A DNA stretch of 64,000 nt from Octopus vulgaris (lineage: Eukaryota). The stretch covers positions 16,740,001 to 16,804,000 of the forward strand of contig OX597839.1 of assembly GCA_951406725.2 (NCBI GenBank). Reading direction: 5' to 3'. The position numbers and the translations under genes are program-made. Every line of letters begins with the position of its first letter. Positions within the stretch are counted from its first letter, which is position 1. The notes under the pieces are model-generated. The model was not told the DNA's origin. It worked only from the letters and a program-made list of their open reading frames with translations, and made no database searches. This document shows, piece after piece, positions 51,346 through 63,104 of the stretch.

Positions 51346-53058
51346 CATCATCATCATCATTGCTTAATGTCCATTTTCCATGCTAGCATGGGTTGGTAGG
51401 TTCGACTGGGGTCTGGGAAGCCAGGAGGCTGCACCAGGCTCCAGTCTGATCTGGCAGTGTTTCTGCAGCTGGATGCCCTTCCTAACGCCAACCACTCCAT
51501 GAGTGTAGTGGGTGCTTTTTTCATGTCACCGGCACGGGGCCTGAGGAGGCTGGCAATGGCCACGATTGGTTGGTACATTTTATGTGCCACCGGCATGGAT
51601 GCCAGTCAAGGTGGCGCTGGCATGGGCCACATTCGGATGGTGCTTTTTACATGCCACTGGTATGGGTATCACAATTACAATTTCCATTTGATTTTTATTT
51701 TGATGTTGATGTACTTGACTCAATAGGTCTCCTCAAGCACAGCAGGTTGCCCTATGATCCAAGATAAGCACAACAGGCCGTCTTGTGAGCCATGAACTCA
51801 CTTCATTTGTCGGATCTTCGCAGTCATAGCATATCTCCAGAGGTCTCGGTCTTTCGTCATTGCCTCTGTGAGTCCCAATGTTCGAAGGTCATGCTTGACC
51901 ACCTCATCACATGTCTTCCTGGGTTCACTGCTACCCCGGATTCCTTCAACTGTTTGGGAGTGGCACACATCTCTCCTCATCCAATTGTAGTATATGACCA
52001 CACCAACGCGAACGTCTCTCTTGCACACCATGTCTGATGCTTCTTATGTCCAACATTTCTCTCAGGGCGCTTACACTTTGTCATGAGTGCACACTGACAT
52101 TACACATCCAGCAGATCATGCTAGTTTAATTTCTTTCGAGCCTACACATGTCCTCCACAGTCATGGCCCATGTTTCACTTCTGTGAAGCATAGCAGTTCG
52201 CACACATGCATCGTACGATCTACCTTTCACTCTGAGTGAGAGACCCCTTTGTCACCAGTAGCGGTAGAAGCTTCCTAACCTTTGCACAGGCTATTCTTAT
52301 TCTAGTGGTAACACTCTCTGAGCATCCACCCCAACTACTAACTTGGTCACCTAGGTAGTGAAAACTATCAACTACTTCTAGTTTCTTCCCCTGGAGTGTG
52401 ATGGAATCTGTTTTCTGAGTATCTGTGGTGTCTATTGTCCCTGTGCATCTGCTGCACATGAAAGCTATCTTATCAGTTAATTTCCCTTTGATGTTGCTGC
52501 ACCTCTTATGCGTCCATAGCTTACACTGGGTACATCTTATGGAGTTTCTACCTACACCTACAGATCGAGCAGGGCCACCTACCTGAGGGGGTATGTGATG
52601 AGTTCACCTTCCTACTTACTAGAACTTTGGTCTTTGCTACATTGACTCTAAGGCCTTTTGATTCTAAACCTAGCTTCCACACCCGAAATTTCTTTTCTAG
52701 TTCCAGTAATGATTCTGCTATGACAGTCAGGTCATCAGCATAGAGGAACTCCCAGGGGCAACCCGTCTTGAATTCCTCTGTTATTGCCTGGAGGAGTATG
52801 ATGAATAAAAGGGGACTGAGGGCTGAACCTTGGTGGACCACTACTTCTACCTGGAATTCTTCAATATACTCATTGCCAATCCTAACCTTATTAACAGCCT
52901 CTCTGTAAAGGGCCTGTACAACCCTTATTAACCATTTGTCAATCTCCAGTTTCCACGTCACCCACCAGATAAGGGACTGGGGGACCCTGTCAAAGGCTTT
53001 CTCCAAGTCCACAAAAGCTAAGTACAGGGGTTTATCTTTAGCTAGGTATTTCTTCTGC
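51346..53058 (-). mobile_element. 5'-truncated RTE-clade LINE
   Basis: LAFVDLEKAFDRVP, HQGSALSPLLF, LYADDL, GLRVNVAKTK, PHD-like Cys/His, FHYLG; 3' UTR and (TGA)n tail. Confidence 0.95.
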
Positions 53059-53074
53059 GTATTCCCAAGACTAT

Positions 53075-53530
53075 TGAAAGAAACTATAAAAAAACCTATA
53101 TAGGTACAAAGGAGGTAGCAGTGCTGAAGCTAAAAATTACAGACCTGTTTCCCTCATGTCTTACACATCTAAATTTATCCAACGCCTTATCCGAAGACAA
53201 AAAGTAATAACATACCTGGAGGAAAACAACTTAGATGACACTCGGTATAGGTTTATGACTGAACGAAGTTGCCTGTCACAATTCTTACAGCATCATAACA
53301 CTACCTCTAATAATCTTTTAAGGGGAAAGATCATTGACTGTTAAAACCTTGATATTGTTAAGGCATTTGACAAGACTGATCATGGAATCATCTGTCATAA
53401 TTTAAGAAATCTTGGTATCACAGGAAAAGTCGGAGAATGGTTCTTTAACTCCCTATATGGTAGGGGTCAACCTATTACTGCAAATGGATTTCTCTCCAAG
53501 TTACCTGTAATACGTTGTATACATCAGGGA
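53075..53530 (+). mobile_element. Degenerate CR1/L2-like RT fragment
   Basis: KNYRPVSLMS, RSCLSQFL, DIVKAFDKTDHG, LGITGKVGEW. Confidence 0.8.
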
Positions 53531-53759
53531 ATGAATTACACAAAAATATCGATGGCTTGGAGCTAAACCAGAAAAAATATGAAAATTAGTACATCAAAAT
53601 TTCAGCTTCTTCATTACAAACGAATTCACCCAAATCACAATATTTGACACAAGGTAACATAATGATTCAGAGCTCTAATGACATAGGTGTAATCATGTCA
53701 AATGATGCATTTTCCATTAGCCGTATTATCAAACTAACCTTTAAATGCAGCAAACTCAT

Positions 53760-54030
53760 AAGCTGTGATTTGGTTCCTTCTGGTTATCATCTGTTTCCCA
53801 ACATAGAAAAACACTCAGCTGAGCACCAGTATCACTATGGTGAGAACATCTTATCTGTTGTTGATGACCATTTTGATAAACAGAAAAGCTTCTTCACCAG
53901 TGCGATCCCAGCACTGCAACTACTTATGGAAGTGTGTGGACAGTAAGAGAAACTATGTTAGTAAATGAACTTCATTTGGTCACATTCCATTGAGAGTGTC
54001 TTGCTCAGATTATGAACATTTCAGCCGACT
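53760..54030 (+). mobile_element. mariner 3' fragment
   Basis: DLVPSGYHLFPNIEK (SPDLAPSDYHLF-like). Confidence 0.65.
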
Positions 54031-54164
54031 CTCATAATAATAAAAATTATTATTATACCTGCATTTGTTTTAATGTTAACATTGGAAAAATCCACATTTT
54101 TCATAAAAAAATTAGGACCTGGATTTGCACCCCTTTACCAAATTTTATTGCTGGGCCACTGTAT

Positions 54165-54213
<49 letters not shown>

Positions 54214-54361
54214 CTGTCTGCAGCAAAAACTCAAAGAAGGTGCAACAAACTTTAAAAAGTAAATAAATAGCCAACGAAAGAGTTTTTTCATTATGAAACA
54301 ATATGCAAACATATTTTCATAACACAAGATACTTATCCTTACATATATGCATATATATATT

Positions 54362-54405
<44 letters not shown>

Positions 54406-54811
54406 CATACATACATACATACATATACATATAGTGGCTATGACTGTGTGGTAAGTAGCTTGCTTACCAACCACATGCTTCCGGGTTCAGGTCGACCAAA
54501 GCCTTGTGAGTGGATTTGGTAGATAGAAACTTAAAGAAGCCTGTCGTATATATATATGTATGTATATAATATATATATATATATATGTGTGTGCGTGTGT
54601 GTGTGTGTGTATATTTACATATATGTATATATGAGGATAATGATACTGAAAAAAAAGAGTAAAACTTGTTCCTCCAGTGTTTTTTTTTTTGTCCATTGTT
54701 TTCCTAATATGTGTGTATGTGTGTGTGTGTCTATATGTGAACACATTAGCAGAGAAAGAAACACACACATATATGCATACACATACACACATACATACAT
54801 ACATATATATA

Positions 54812-54856
<45 letters not shown>

Positions 54857-56209
54857 GCACTTTTATATATGCATATATATATATATATATGCACTTTTAT
54901 ATATGCATATATATATATATATATATTTATATATATGCACTTTTATATATGCATATATATATATATATTTATATATATGCACTTTTATATATGCATATGT
55001 ATATATATATGTATATATATTTATATATATGTACTTTTATATATGTATATATATATATATGTATGCATATATATATATATATACACATACACACACACAC
55101 ACACACATACATATATATGTATGAACTTGTAATGTTTGTTCATGTATGTATGTGTGTGTGTCAATATAATTAAACAGTTTTTATTATCAAAATGTGTTTA
55201 CATATAATTTCATAGCGATAACACCTATTGTTATCTGTTTGCTATATCGAGGACTATTCCTTGGCATAATGCAGACAAATAGCTACAAAGTCCATATTGT
55301 AATATCAAGACTCCTGTTTAATTTCTTTGTCTGGCCCATTGTGCTGAGCATTTACCCACCAAGTCATGTGAGTAAAACGAGATAGAAAGAAGCTTGTGTG
55401 TTAATCTCTCATTGGATTGGGTGTATGATTCCAAGATCCACCCATGTCTCATACGGTATTTCACTATGATTTACATTGCATTTAATATAATGAAGCAGAA
55501 GGCTGGCAGAATTGTTTGCTTAGCGGCATTTTGTCCGTCTTTATGTTCTGAGTTGAAATTCCGGTGAGGTTGACTTTGCTTTTTATCCTTCCAGAGTTGA
55601 TAAAATAAGTACTGTTGAGCTCTGGGGTTGATGCAATTGACTTATACTCTTCCTCGAAATTGCTGGCTTTGTGCCAAAATTTGAAACCAATATTATTATT
55701 ATTAAGGTGTCAAGCTGACAGAGTCATTAGCATGCTGGGAAAAATGTTCAGCAACATTTCGTCTATCTTCATGTTCCAAGTTCAAATTCCACTGAGGTCG
55801 ACTTTGCCTTATACTCTTAGTGGTATTTTGTCTGTCTTTACGTTCTAAGTTCAAATTCTGCTGAGGTCGACTTTACTTTTCATCCTTCTGGGGTCGATGA
55901 ATTAAGTACCAGTTGTGTACTGGGGTAAATCTAATCGACTGGCACCCCCTCCCCCAAAATTTCAGGCCTTGTGCCTAGACTAGAAAAGGATATTCTTGTC
56001 TTTGTACAATGACTGGTAGCGCTAATTGGTGGCTCGCTATAAAGAAATCACAGGGTAGCAGTGCTAAGCAGTGATGTATACAAAAGCAAGGTTCTTACCA
56101 GTTCAGATATGCGTGGGGCATTTTCAAAACCACGAGCTGATTTTATTTGTATTTACACCTATTTGTCTTCTGCGAGAAATTTTCTCCATGACAAAACAGT
56201 TTCAGATAT

Positions 56210-56224
56210 GCCACCACCACACTA

Positions 56225-56256
<32 letters not shown>

Positions 56257-56530
56257 ATTACTACTAGTGGCAGCAGACACAAAGGAGTTTCTTGAACATC
56301 TGGAGGAGAAGGAGGGTAATGATGACAACAATGATAATGATGATGTTAATGACAGTGATGGCGATGATGATAATGATGATGGTGATGAAGGCAACAATAA
56401 CAACACACTGATGATAATGATGATGGCACTGATGATGATGACAATGGTGATGATGATGATATTAACGACGGCAACGAGGATGACAACGACATTCACAACA
56501 GAAATGATGATGAAGAAAATGAGGTTTGCA
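56210..56530. repeat. Compound trinucleotide repeat (CTA/CTG/GAT/CAA)
   Basis: Direct inspection. Confidence 0.85.
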
Positions 56531-56733
56531 CTATTAATGATGGTAATTGATTCCAGTTGGAACAAGTTGGAACTAGACATCATCCCTGAATCAGTTAACC
56601 AACTGTGTTCATAATCATCAACAGATTCTTATTGATTATACATTCTCCCTTTCCAGATCTATACATATATATGTATATATCTATATATATAGATCCAGAT
56701 GTATATATCTATATATATATATATGTATAAAAT

Positions 56734-56773
<40 letters not shown>

Positions 56774-57075
56774 TTATATATATGTAAAGATTAAGTAAAT
56801 TGCAAAAATAATGATAAAAACGTATATATATGTTTTTGACTTTTTTTTTGCAATTAACTTAATCTTTACATTTTATTGTTATTTTAATTTTAATTTTTCT
56901 ATTATATGTAATTTTCTAGATGGTGTAATTAATTGTTCATTTTGAATTGATAAAAGATGGCTTTTTTCTAATTTTTTATATATATATATTATATTGTGTG
57001 AAATTTGATTTTGTATTTCTAAATTGAATTTTTTTCCTTGTAAGTTTGGATTTTATTACCTCAAATAATAATAAT

Positions 57076-57128
<53 letters not shown>

Positions 57129-57129
57129 T

Positions 57130-59030
57130 TGCTGAGTGCCTATCAGAACTGGAGGAGAAGTTTCAGGTGTGGAAGCAAGGATTAGAATCGAAGGGCCTTA
57201 GAGTCAATCTAGCTAAAACCAAAGTCCTAATAAGTAGTAAGGTAGACAAATCACAAATGCCTTCAGGTAGATGGCCCTGCTCGATCTGTAGAAAAGGTGT
57301 AGGTAGAAACTCTGTAAGATGCACCAAGTGTAAGCTATGGACACATAAGAGGTGCAGCAATGTCAAAGGAAGGCTAACTAGGAAGATAGTTTTTGTATGT
57401 GGCAGATACTCAGGAGCAATAAACACTGAAAATGCTCTGAGACCAACTTCTGCCACTTTCCAGGGAGAAAAACTAGAAATAGTTGATAGTTTCCGTTACC
57501 TAGGTGACCAAGTCAGTAGCGGGGGCGGGTGTGCTGAAAGTGTAACTGCTAGAGTAAGAATAGCTTGGGCAAAGTTCAGAGTGCTCTTACCGCTGCTGGT
57601 GACAAAAGGCCTCTCGCTCAGAGTAAAAGGCAGACTGTATGACGCGTGTGTATGAACAGCCATGCTACATGGCAGTGAAACATGGGCCGTGACTGCTGAG
57701 GATATGCGTAAGCTCGCAAGAAATGAAGCCAGTATGCTCCGATGGATGTGTAATGTCAGTGTTCATACTCGACAGAGTGTAAGTACCTTGAGAGAAAAGC
57801 TGGATCTAAGAAGCATCAGATGTGGTGTGCAAGAGAGACGTTTGCGCTGGTATGGTCATGTGGTGAGAATGGATGAAGATAGTTGTATGAAAAAGTGCCA
57901 CACCCTAGCGGTTGAGGGAACCTGTGGAAGAGGCAGACCCAGGAAAACCTAGGACGAGGTGGTGAAGCACGACCTTCAAACTTTAGGTCTCACTGAGGAG
58001 ATGACTAGAGACTGAGACCTATGGAAGTATGCTGTGCGTGAGAAGACTTGGCAGGACTAGTGAGACCATTACCTGTGGCCTCTACCTGGGATGTAGCCAG
58101 TCGACTTATGCATACCTTTCCTTCTTGGGACACAAAACTCCACTTGTGAAGACCTGTTGAGGCATGTGGAAATCGGAAATCAAAATCAAAATCAAATGAA
58201 ATCAATTCAAATCAGAAATCAGAACCAAAATTGAAGTCGATCAACATCAATGGAAATTGCAGCTGCGATACCAGTGCCAGTGACACGTAGGCGTACCATC
58301 CGATAGTGGCCGTGGCCAGCGCCGGTGACACGTAGGCGTACCATCCGATAGTGGCCGTGACCAGCGCCGCCCCGACTGGCCTCTGTGCCGGTGACATGTA
58401 AAAAGCACCATCCGATCGTGGCCGTTGCCAGCCTCGCCTGGCCCCCATGCCGGTGGCATGTAAAAAGCACCACCCGACCATGTCTGTTGCCAGCACCGCC
58501 CCGACTGGCCTCCGTGCCGGTGGCACATAAAAAGCACCCTCCAATCATGGCTGTTGCCAGCGCTGCCCCGACTGGCCCCCGTGCCGGTGGCATGTAAAAA
58601 GCACCATCTGATCGTGGCTGTTGTCAGCCTCACCTGGTCCCCGTGCCGGTGGCACATAAAAAGCACCACCTGACCGTGTCCGTTGCCAGCGCCGCCTCGA
58701 CTGGCTTCCGTGCCGGTGGCATGTAAAAAGCACCATCTGATCGTGGCCGTTGCCAGCCTTGCCTGGCCCCTGTGCCGGTGGCACGTAAAAAGCACCATCC
58801 GTCCGTGGCCGTTTGCCAGCCCCGTCTGGCACCTGTGTGGGTGGCACGTAAAAAGCACCCACTACACTCATGGAGTGGTTGGCATTAGGAAGGGCATCCA
58901 GCCGTAGAAACACTGCCAGATCAGACTGGGCCTGGTGCAGCCTTCTGGCTTCCCAGACCCCAGTTGAACCGTCCAACCCATGCTAGCATGGAAAGTGGAC
59001 GCTAAATGAAAATGATGAATGATGAATGAT
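57130..59030 (+). mobile_element. 5'-truncated RTE-clade LINE with PHD finger and repeat-rich 3' UTR
   Basis: GLRVNLAKTK, CSIC..CTKC..HKRC..CGR(Y), FRYLG, LHGSETW, RRLRWYGHV.R, RGRPRKT; stops at 57655 and 57952. Confidence 0.95.
58270..58860 (+). repeat. Tandem ~55-bp units in the RTE 3' UTR
   Basis: About 9 copies of gtgccggtggca(c/t)(g/a)taaaaagcacc with two alternating linker types, preceded by two shorter units. Confidence 0.92.
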
Positions 59031-59037
59031 ATACATA

Positions 59038-60020
59038 CAAGGTGTGTAAGGTATTTGAGGACATACCTTTTTGAGGTCATTGCTGCATTTTTTGCTAAAT
59101 CTGTATAGTCTTGTTTCAGAAAATAATGGCAGACCCTCAGCTTACTCAACAAATGAAGAGGCATGCTGTTCTTGTGGCTATAAAGGCTGAGCATGGTGAT
59201 TTAGAAATATCTCAATTTTTAAAAGCTGCCAGATCTTTTGTCTATAAAGTTTGTAAGGAGCTAGAGACTGAAGATGGAAACATATCACCAGTAACAAAAC
59301 AGAAAAAAGCATTCTAAACACTCTGAAATCATCAGAACACCTGAATTTATCCAACAAGTTCAGCAGACCATTGATTACAATCCCAGAAAGTCCATGAGGT
59401 CAATTGCAAAAGATTTCCATGTGTCAGAAGGAACAGTCAGAACTGTTGCCCACAAAGACATCAGATATAAGTCTTATATGATGAAGAAAGGTGAGTTTGT
59501 CAGAAAAAGCAAATGAAAATCACTACATCAGATATAAAAGGCTCTTAAACAAATTGAAAAATTCAGCAGGAGATTTGATTTGGTTTTTCTCAAAATAGAA
59601 AAACTTCGACCAAGATCAAAAAGTTAACAGAAGAAATGACAAGCGGTTATCTGCAGACCCTTCTGAAGTTCCAAGTGTTATGCATATAAAATTTCCTGCA
59701 ACAGTCATAGTTTTAGGGTTGTCTGCAATGAAGGACATGTGATATCTCCTTACTTCTTTCCATAAGGCCTTAGGAGTTTACTCTGATGTCTACATCAAGG
59801 TCCTGGAAATAATTGTTAAGCCCTGGATAGACAGTGTATGCAATGGAAGGCCATATATCTTTCAGTAAGATTCTGCACTATCACACATGGCTCTAGTAAC
59901 ACAGGAATGGATGGCTGAAAATTTCCATGATCACATAACCCCTAGCATTTGGCCTCCTAATTCCCCAGACTTCAATCCATTGGACTACTACATGTGGGGC
60001 ATTGTTGAGAGAGAGGTCAG
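59038..60020 (+). mobile_element. Tc1/mariner superfamily DD37D (maT-type) transposon, 3'-truncated
   Basis: ta|caaggtgtgt start; FQ*DSALSH..WPPNSPDFNPLDYYMWG with 37 residues between the last two Asp. Confidence 0.85.
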
Positions 60021-60244
60021 TTAAAGCCCAAACTATGAATTTTCGTGGTTTGGGCTTTAACTGCACTTTGCAGCATTTAAGGTGTCTTGTTAAGGTTACC
60101 TCTTTTGTATATAAAAATATACACTAATTTATATGAAAAATATGTTGTTTATTGACTTTATTATGCATGATGGCCACCGGTAGAATATTTCTCTAAATTT
60201 TCTACATTTATTATTTTATATATATATATGTATGTATATATCTA

Positions 60245-60279
<35 letters not shown>

Positions 60280-60302
60280 ATATATACATATACACATGTA
60301 TG

Positions 60303-60340
<38 letters not shown>

Positions 60341-60593
60341 CACACACACACACATGTATGTATATATATATATATATGTATATATAAATATATATATACA
60401 TATATGTATATATATATATAAATATGTAGGTCCCGGGTTGAGTCGGGGTTAACCACAGTAAATAAGGTACTCAATACATAGCAGAGTAAATTAATTTATT
60501 TTATAGAAGGAGCTTCTACAGGACTGTAGAAGCTCCTTCTATAAAATAAATATATATATAAATATATATATACATGTATGTATATATATATAT

Positions 60594-60639
<46 letters not shown>

Positions 60640-60694
60640 AGTGAATTGAAGAAATGGAGTTGAACGAAGATTGAACAGAATTCCTTTTATTGCA

Positions 60695-60758
60695 TTCTAC
60701 ACATGTTTCTAAATTCTGATTAAATAAGGATACCATATTGTGGCTTTCTCTTCAGGAA
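60695..60758 (-). ncRNA. Degenerate hammerhead-like motif (Penelope-like remnant 60640-60940)
   Basis: ttc CTGAAGA ... GAAA catgtg TA gaa; palindromic stem III; stem II poorly paired. Confidence 0.45.
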
Positions 60759-60954
60759 AAAAATAGGAATTCCGTTGGCAGAACAAAACAGAACAGAGGC
60801 GCAGCAAAGCAATTTGAACGAGGAGGCTCTTTAAGAGCCCATGGCTGAACTGATTATCAATGTACGTTGAAATCGGGTGGTGAGTGCGTTGAAGATATTT
60901 ACAGGTCAGGCGGCGGTCAAATCCAGTAGGTGAGAGCAAGGGGTGTTCTGTGTG

Positions 60955-62058
60955 ACCAAAACTAACTAGCGGTGTCCCACAGGGCACTGTCTTGGGGCCA
61001 CTGATGTTCATAGTGGCCCCTTTCAGACATGCCTTCAGTTGCTATGATGACCACCCTTGCTAGCTATGCAGATGACACAAAAGTCTCCCACACAATACAA
61101 AACCCTGAAAATATTGCGCATCTGCAACATGAGCTGGACACAATATACAGGTGGGCTGAGGACAACAACATGCAGTTTAATGCAGGTAAGTTCCAGGCCC
61201 TGCGCTACTGGCACACAAAGGTAAATGACGTGAAGACTGGATACACTGGCCCAGGAAGAATTGCAATCCCTGAGTCAAAATCAGTGCGTGACCTGGGCAT
61301 TGACATGAGCAATGATGCATCTTTCCAAATGCATATTGCTAATCTGGTGATAAAATGCAGACGGCTAGCTGGATGGATTCTCCGAACTTTCAGAACAAGA
61401 GAGAAGGAGACACTGATGGTCCTATGGAAAACATTCGTCCTCAGCTGCTTGGACTACTGCTCCCAACTTTGGTCACCACACAATATAAAACAAACAGCAG
61501 AACTCGAAGCAACTCAGAGAAGCTACACAAAGAAAATCGTCTCAATGCAAAATGTCAGCTACTGGGAAAGACTGAAGGTATTAAACCTCTTCTCCCTGGA
61601 GCGGAGGCGGGAGAGATATGCAGTGATATACATCTGGAAAATCCTGGAGGGTCTTGTCCTAAACTTTGGCATTCAAAGTTACTCCAACCGCAGAACGGGG
61701 CGCCGCTGCATGGTGCCAAGGATTCCAACATCACCATCAAAATACAGGTCCAGATACTGCAACAGCTTGGGTTTCAGAGGACCACAGCTCTTTAACATCC
61801 TCCCTAAATGCCTGAGAGACTTACATGGTGTGGATGTGGGTTTCTTTAAAACTAAACTGGATCTCTTCTTGTTGGGAGTCCCAGATGAACCTACCTCACG
61901 ACAGGAGACGTGAATGCGGGCAGCAGCATCGAACTCCCTTGTTGATCAAGTGCCACGTATCAGAGGTGGATTCACAAACTAGTGTAGCTCATTCAGCGGT
62001 GGTGCCCCAGCATGGCCGCGGCCTTCGGGCTAAAACATTTTTAAGGATTTAAGGATTT
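60955..62058 (+). mobile_element. 5'-truncated CR1/L2-like LINE, second family
   Basis: SGVPQGTVLGP, YADDTK, RDLGI, LDYCSQLWSP, SLERRRERY; 3' stem-loop and (TTTAAGGA)n tail. Confidence 0.93.
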
Positions 62059-62077
62059 ATATATAAATATATACATG

Positions 62078-62175
<98 letters not shown>

Positions 62176-62204
62176 CGAGAAAGAAGCAACAAGAATGGAT
62201 AAGT

Positions 62205-62295
62205 TTTTAGTACAATCGTTTCATACAAAGACAGGCTTTATTAAAAGTTGCAAAAATTGCAGCATATAAACGTGTCCCATACTCATCAGCTAAAA
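62205..62295 (-). ncRNA. Type I hammerhead ribozyme with intact core
   Basis: ttttag CTGATGA gtatg..tgtat GAAA cgattg TA ctaaaa; 6-bp stem I, G-U-rich stem II, minimal stem III, GUA site. Confidence 0.8.
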
Positions 62296-62678
62296 TACAT
62301 GTGAGCTCTCTAGACATCTTAGTGGTTGTGAACACAATGAGGTAGGTATCAATTCTTGCTATATGATTAGGTATTTGCCACATTAATCACATTACTGCTA
62401 TTTTCAAGAGACTGTAGCTATTTGACTTTTAAAGGCTGAAGGGCTTTCTAGAGAGGCAAATAACAGAAAGGGAAGGAAAGAGAGGAAAAGAGAGACAATA
62501 AAGGAGGAGGGAGCAAAAAGGGGGGGGGAAACTAAAAGAAAAGAGAAAAGGAAAAAGAAAAAAGAGAGAAAAGAGAATAAGAAGAAGAAAAAGAAAAAAG
62601 AGAAAAGAGAAAGAAAAGAAAGAGGGAAAGAAGGGAGAAGAGAAAAAGAAAAAGAGGGTTCTAGGAGTTGTTCCTCCT

Positions 62679-63104
62679 GTGTGTAAGTGTAGAATAAAAT
62701 CAAAATGCCCGGCACCTGGTCTATGCGGGGAAAATAACGTAATCTATAAATGTACCATATCCACGGAGAATAACAAATATTTTTATATTGGATGTACAAT
62801 TAATTTTCTAGCCAGAATTAGAAACCACATCTCGTCTTTTAAATTACGTCATAAAGCTGGTACCACCACACTTTCAAACAAAATCTGGGAACTCAAAAAT
62901 AATAACAATAATTATAACCTTAATTGGGAAATAGTTAGGAGAGCAATTCCGTATAAAAATAGCAGGGTTGGTTGCCAACTATGCTCCATGGAGACGTATG
63001 AAATTCTAAAGCATAGAAAACATAGAAACTTATTGAATAACCATATCGAACTAGGTCAAGTTTGTGTCCACGCTAAATTGAAAACTTTAAAATATTTTAA
63101 ATGA
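62679..63104 (+). CDS. GIY-YIG endonuclease C-terminus of a Penelope-like element (truncated)
   Basis: CKCR..CP..GLC...NVIYKC..FYIGCT..F..R..NH..SF..TTLS.KIWELK..CQLC..E. Confidence 0.88.
   Translation: MCKCRIKSKCPAPGLCGENNVIYKCTISTENNKYFYIGCTINFLARIRNHISSFKLRHKAGTTTLSNKIWELKNNNNNYNLNWEIVRRAIPYKNSRVGCQLCSMETYEILKHRKHRNLLNNHIELGQVCVHAKLKTLKYFK

Noticed and set aside
56143-56614. Acidic/Met-rich 115-146-aa ORFs
   Set aside because: Degenerate trinucleotide repeat with no recognisable domain or consistent splice structure
58270-58860. Palindromic repeat plus spacer pattern resembling a CRISPR array
   Set aside because: Linkers are homologous to each other in two alternating types, and the array is part of a LINE 3' UTR present in other copies
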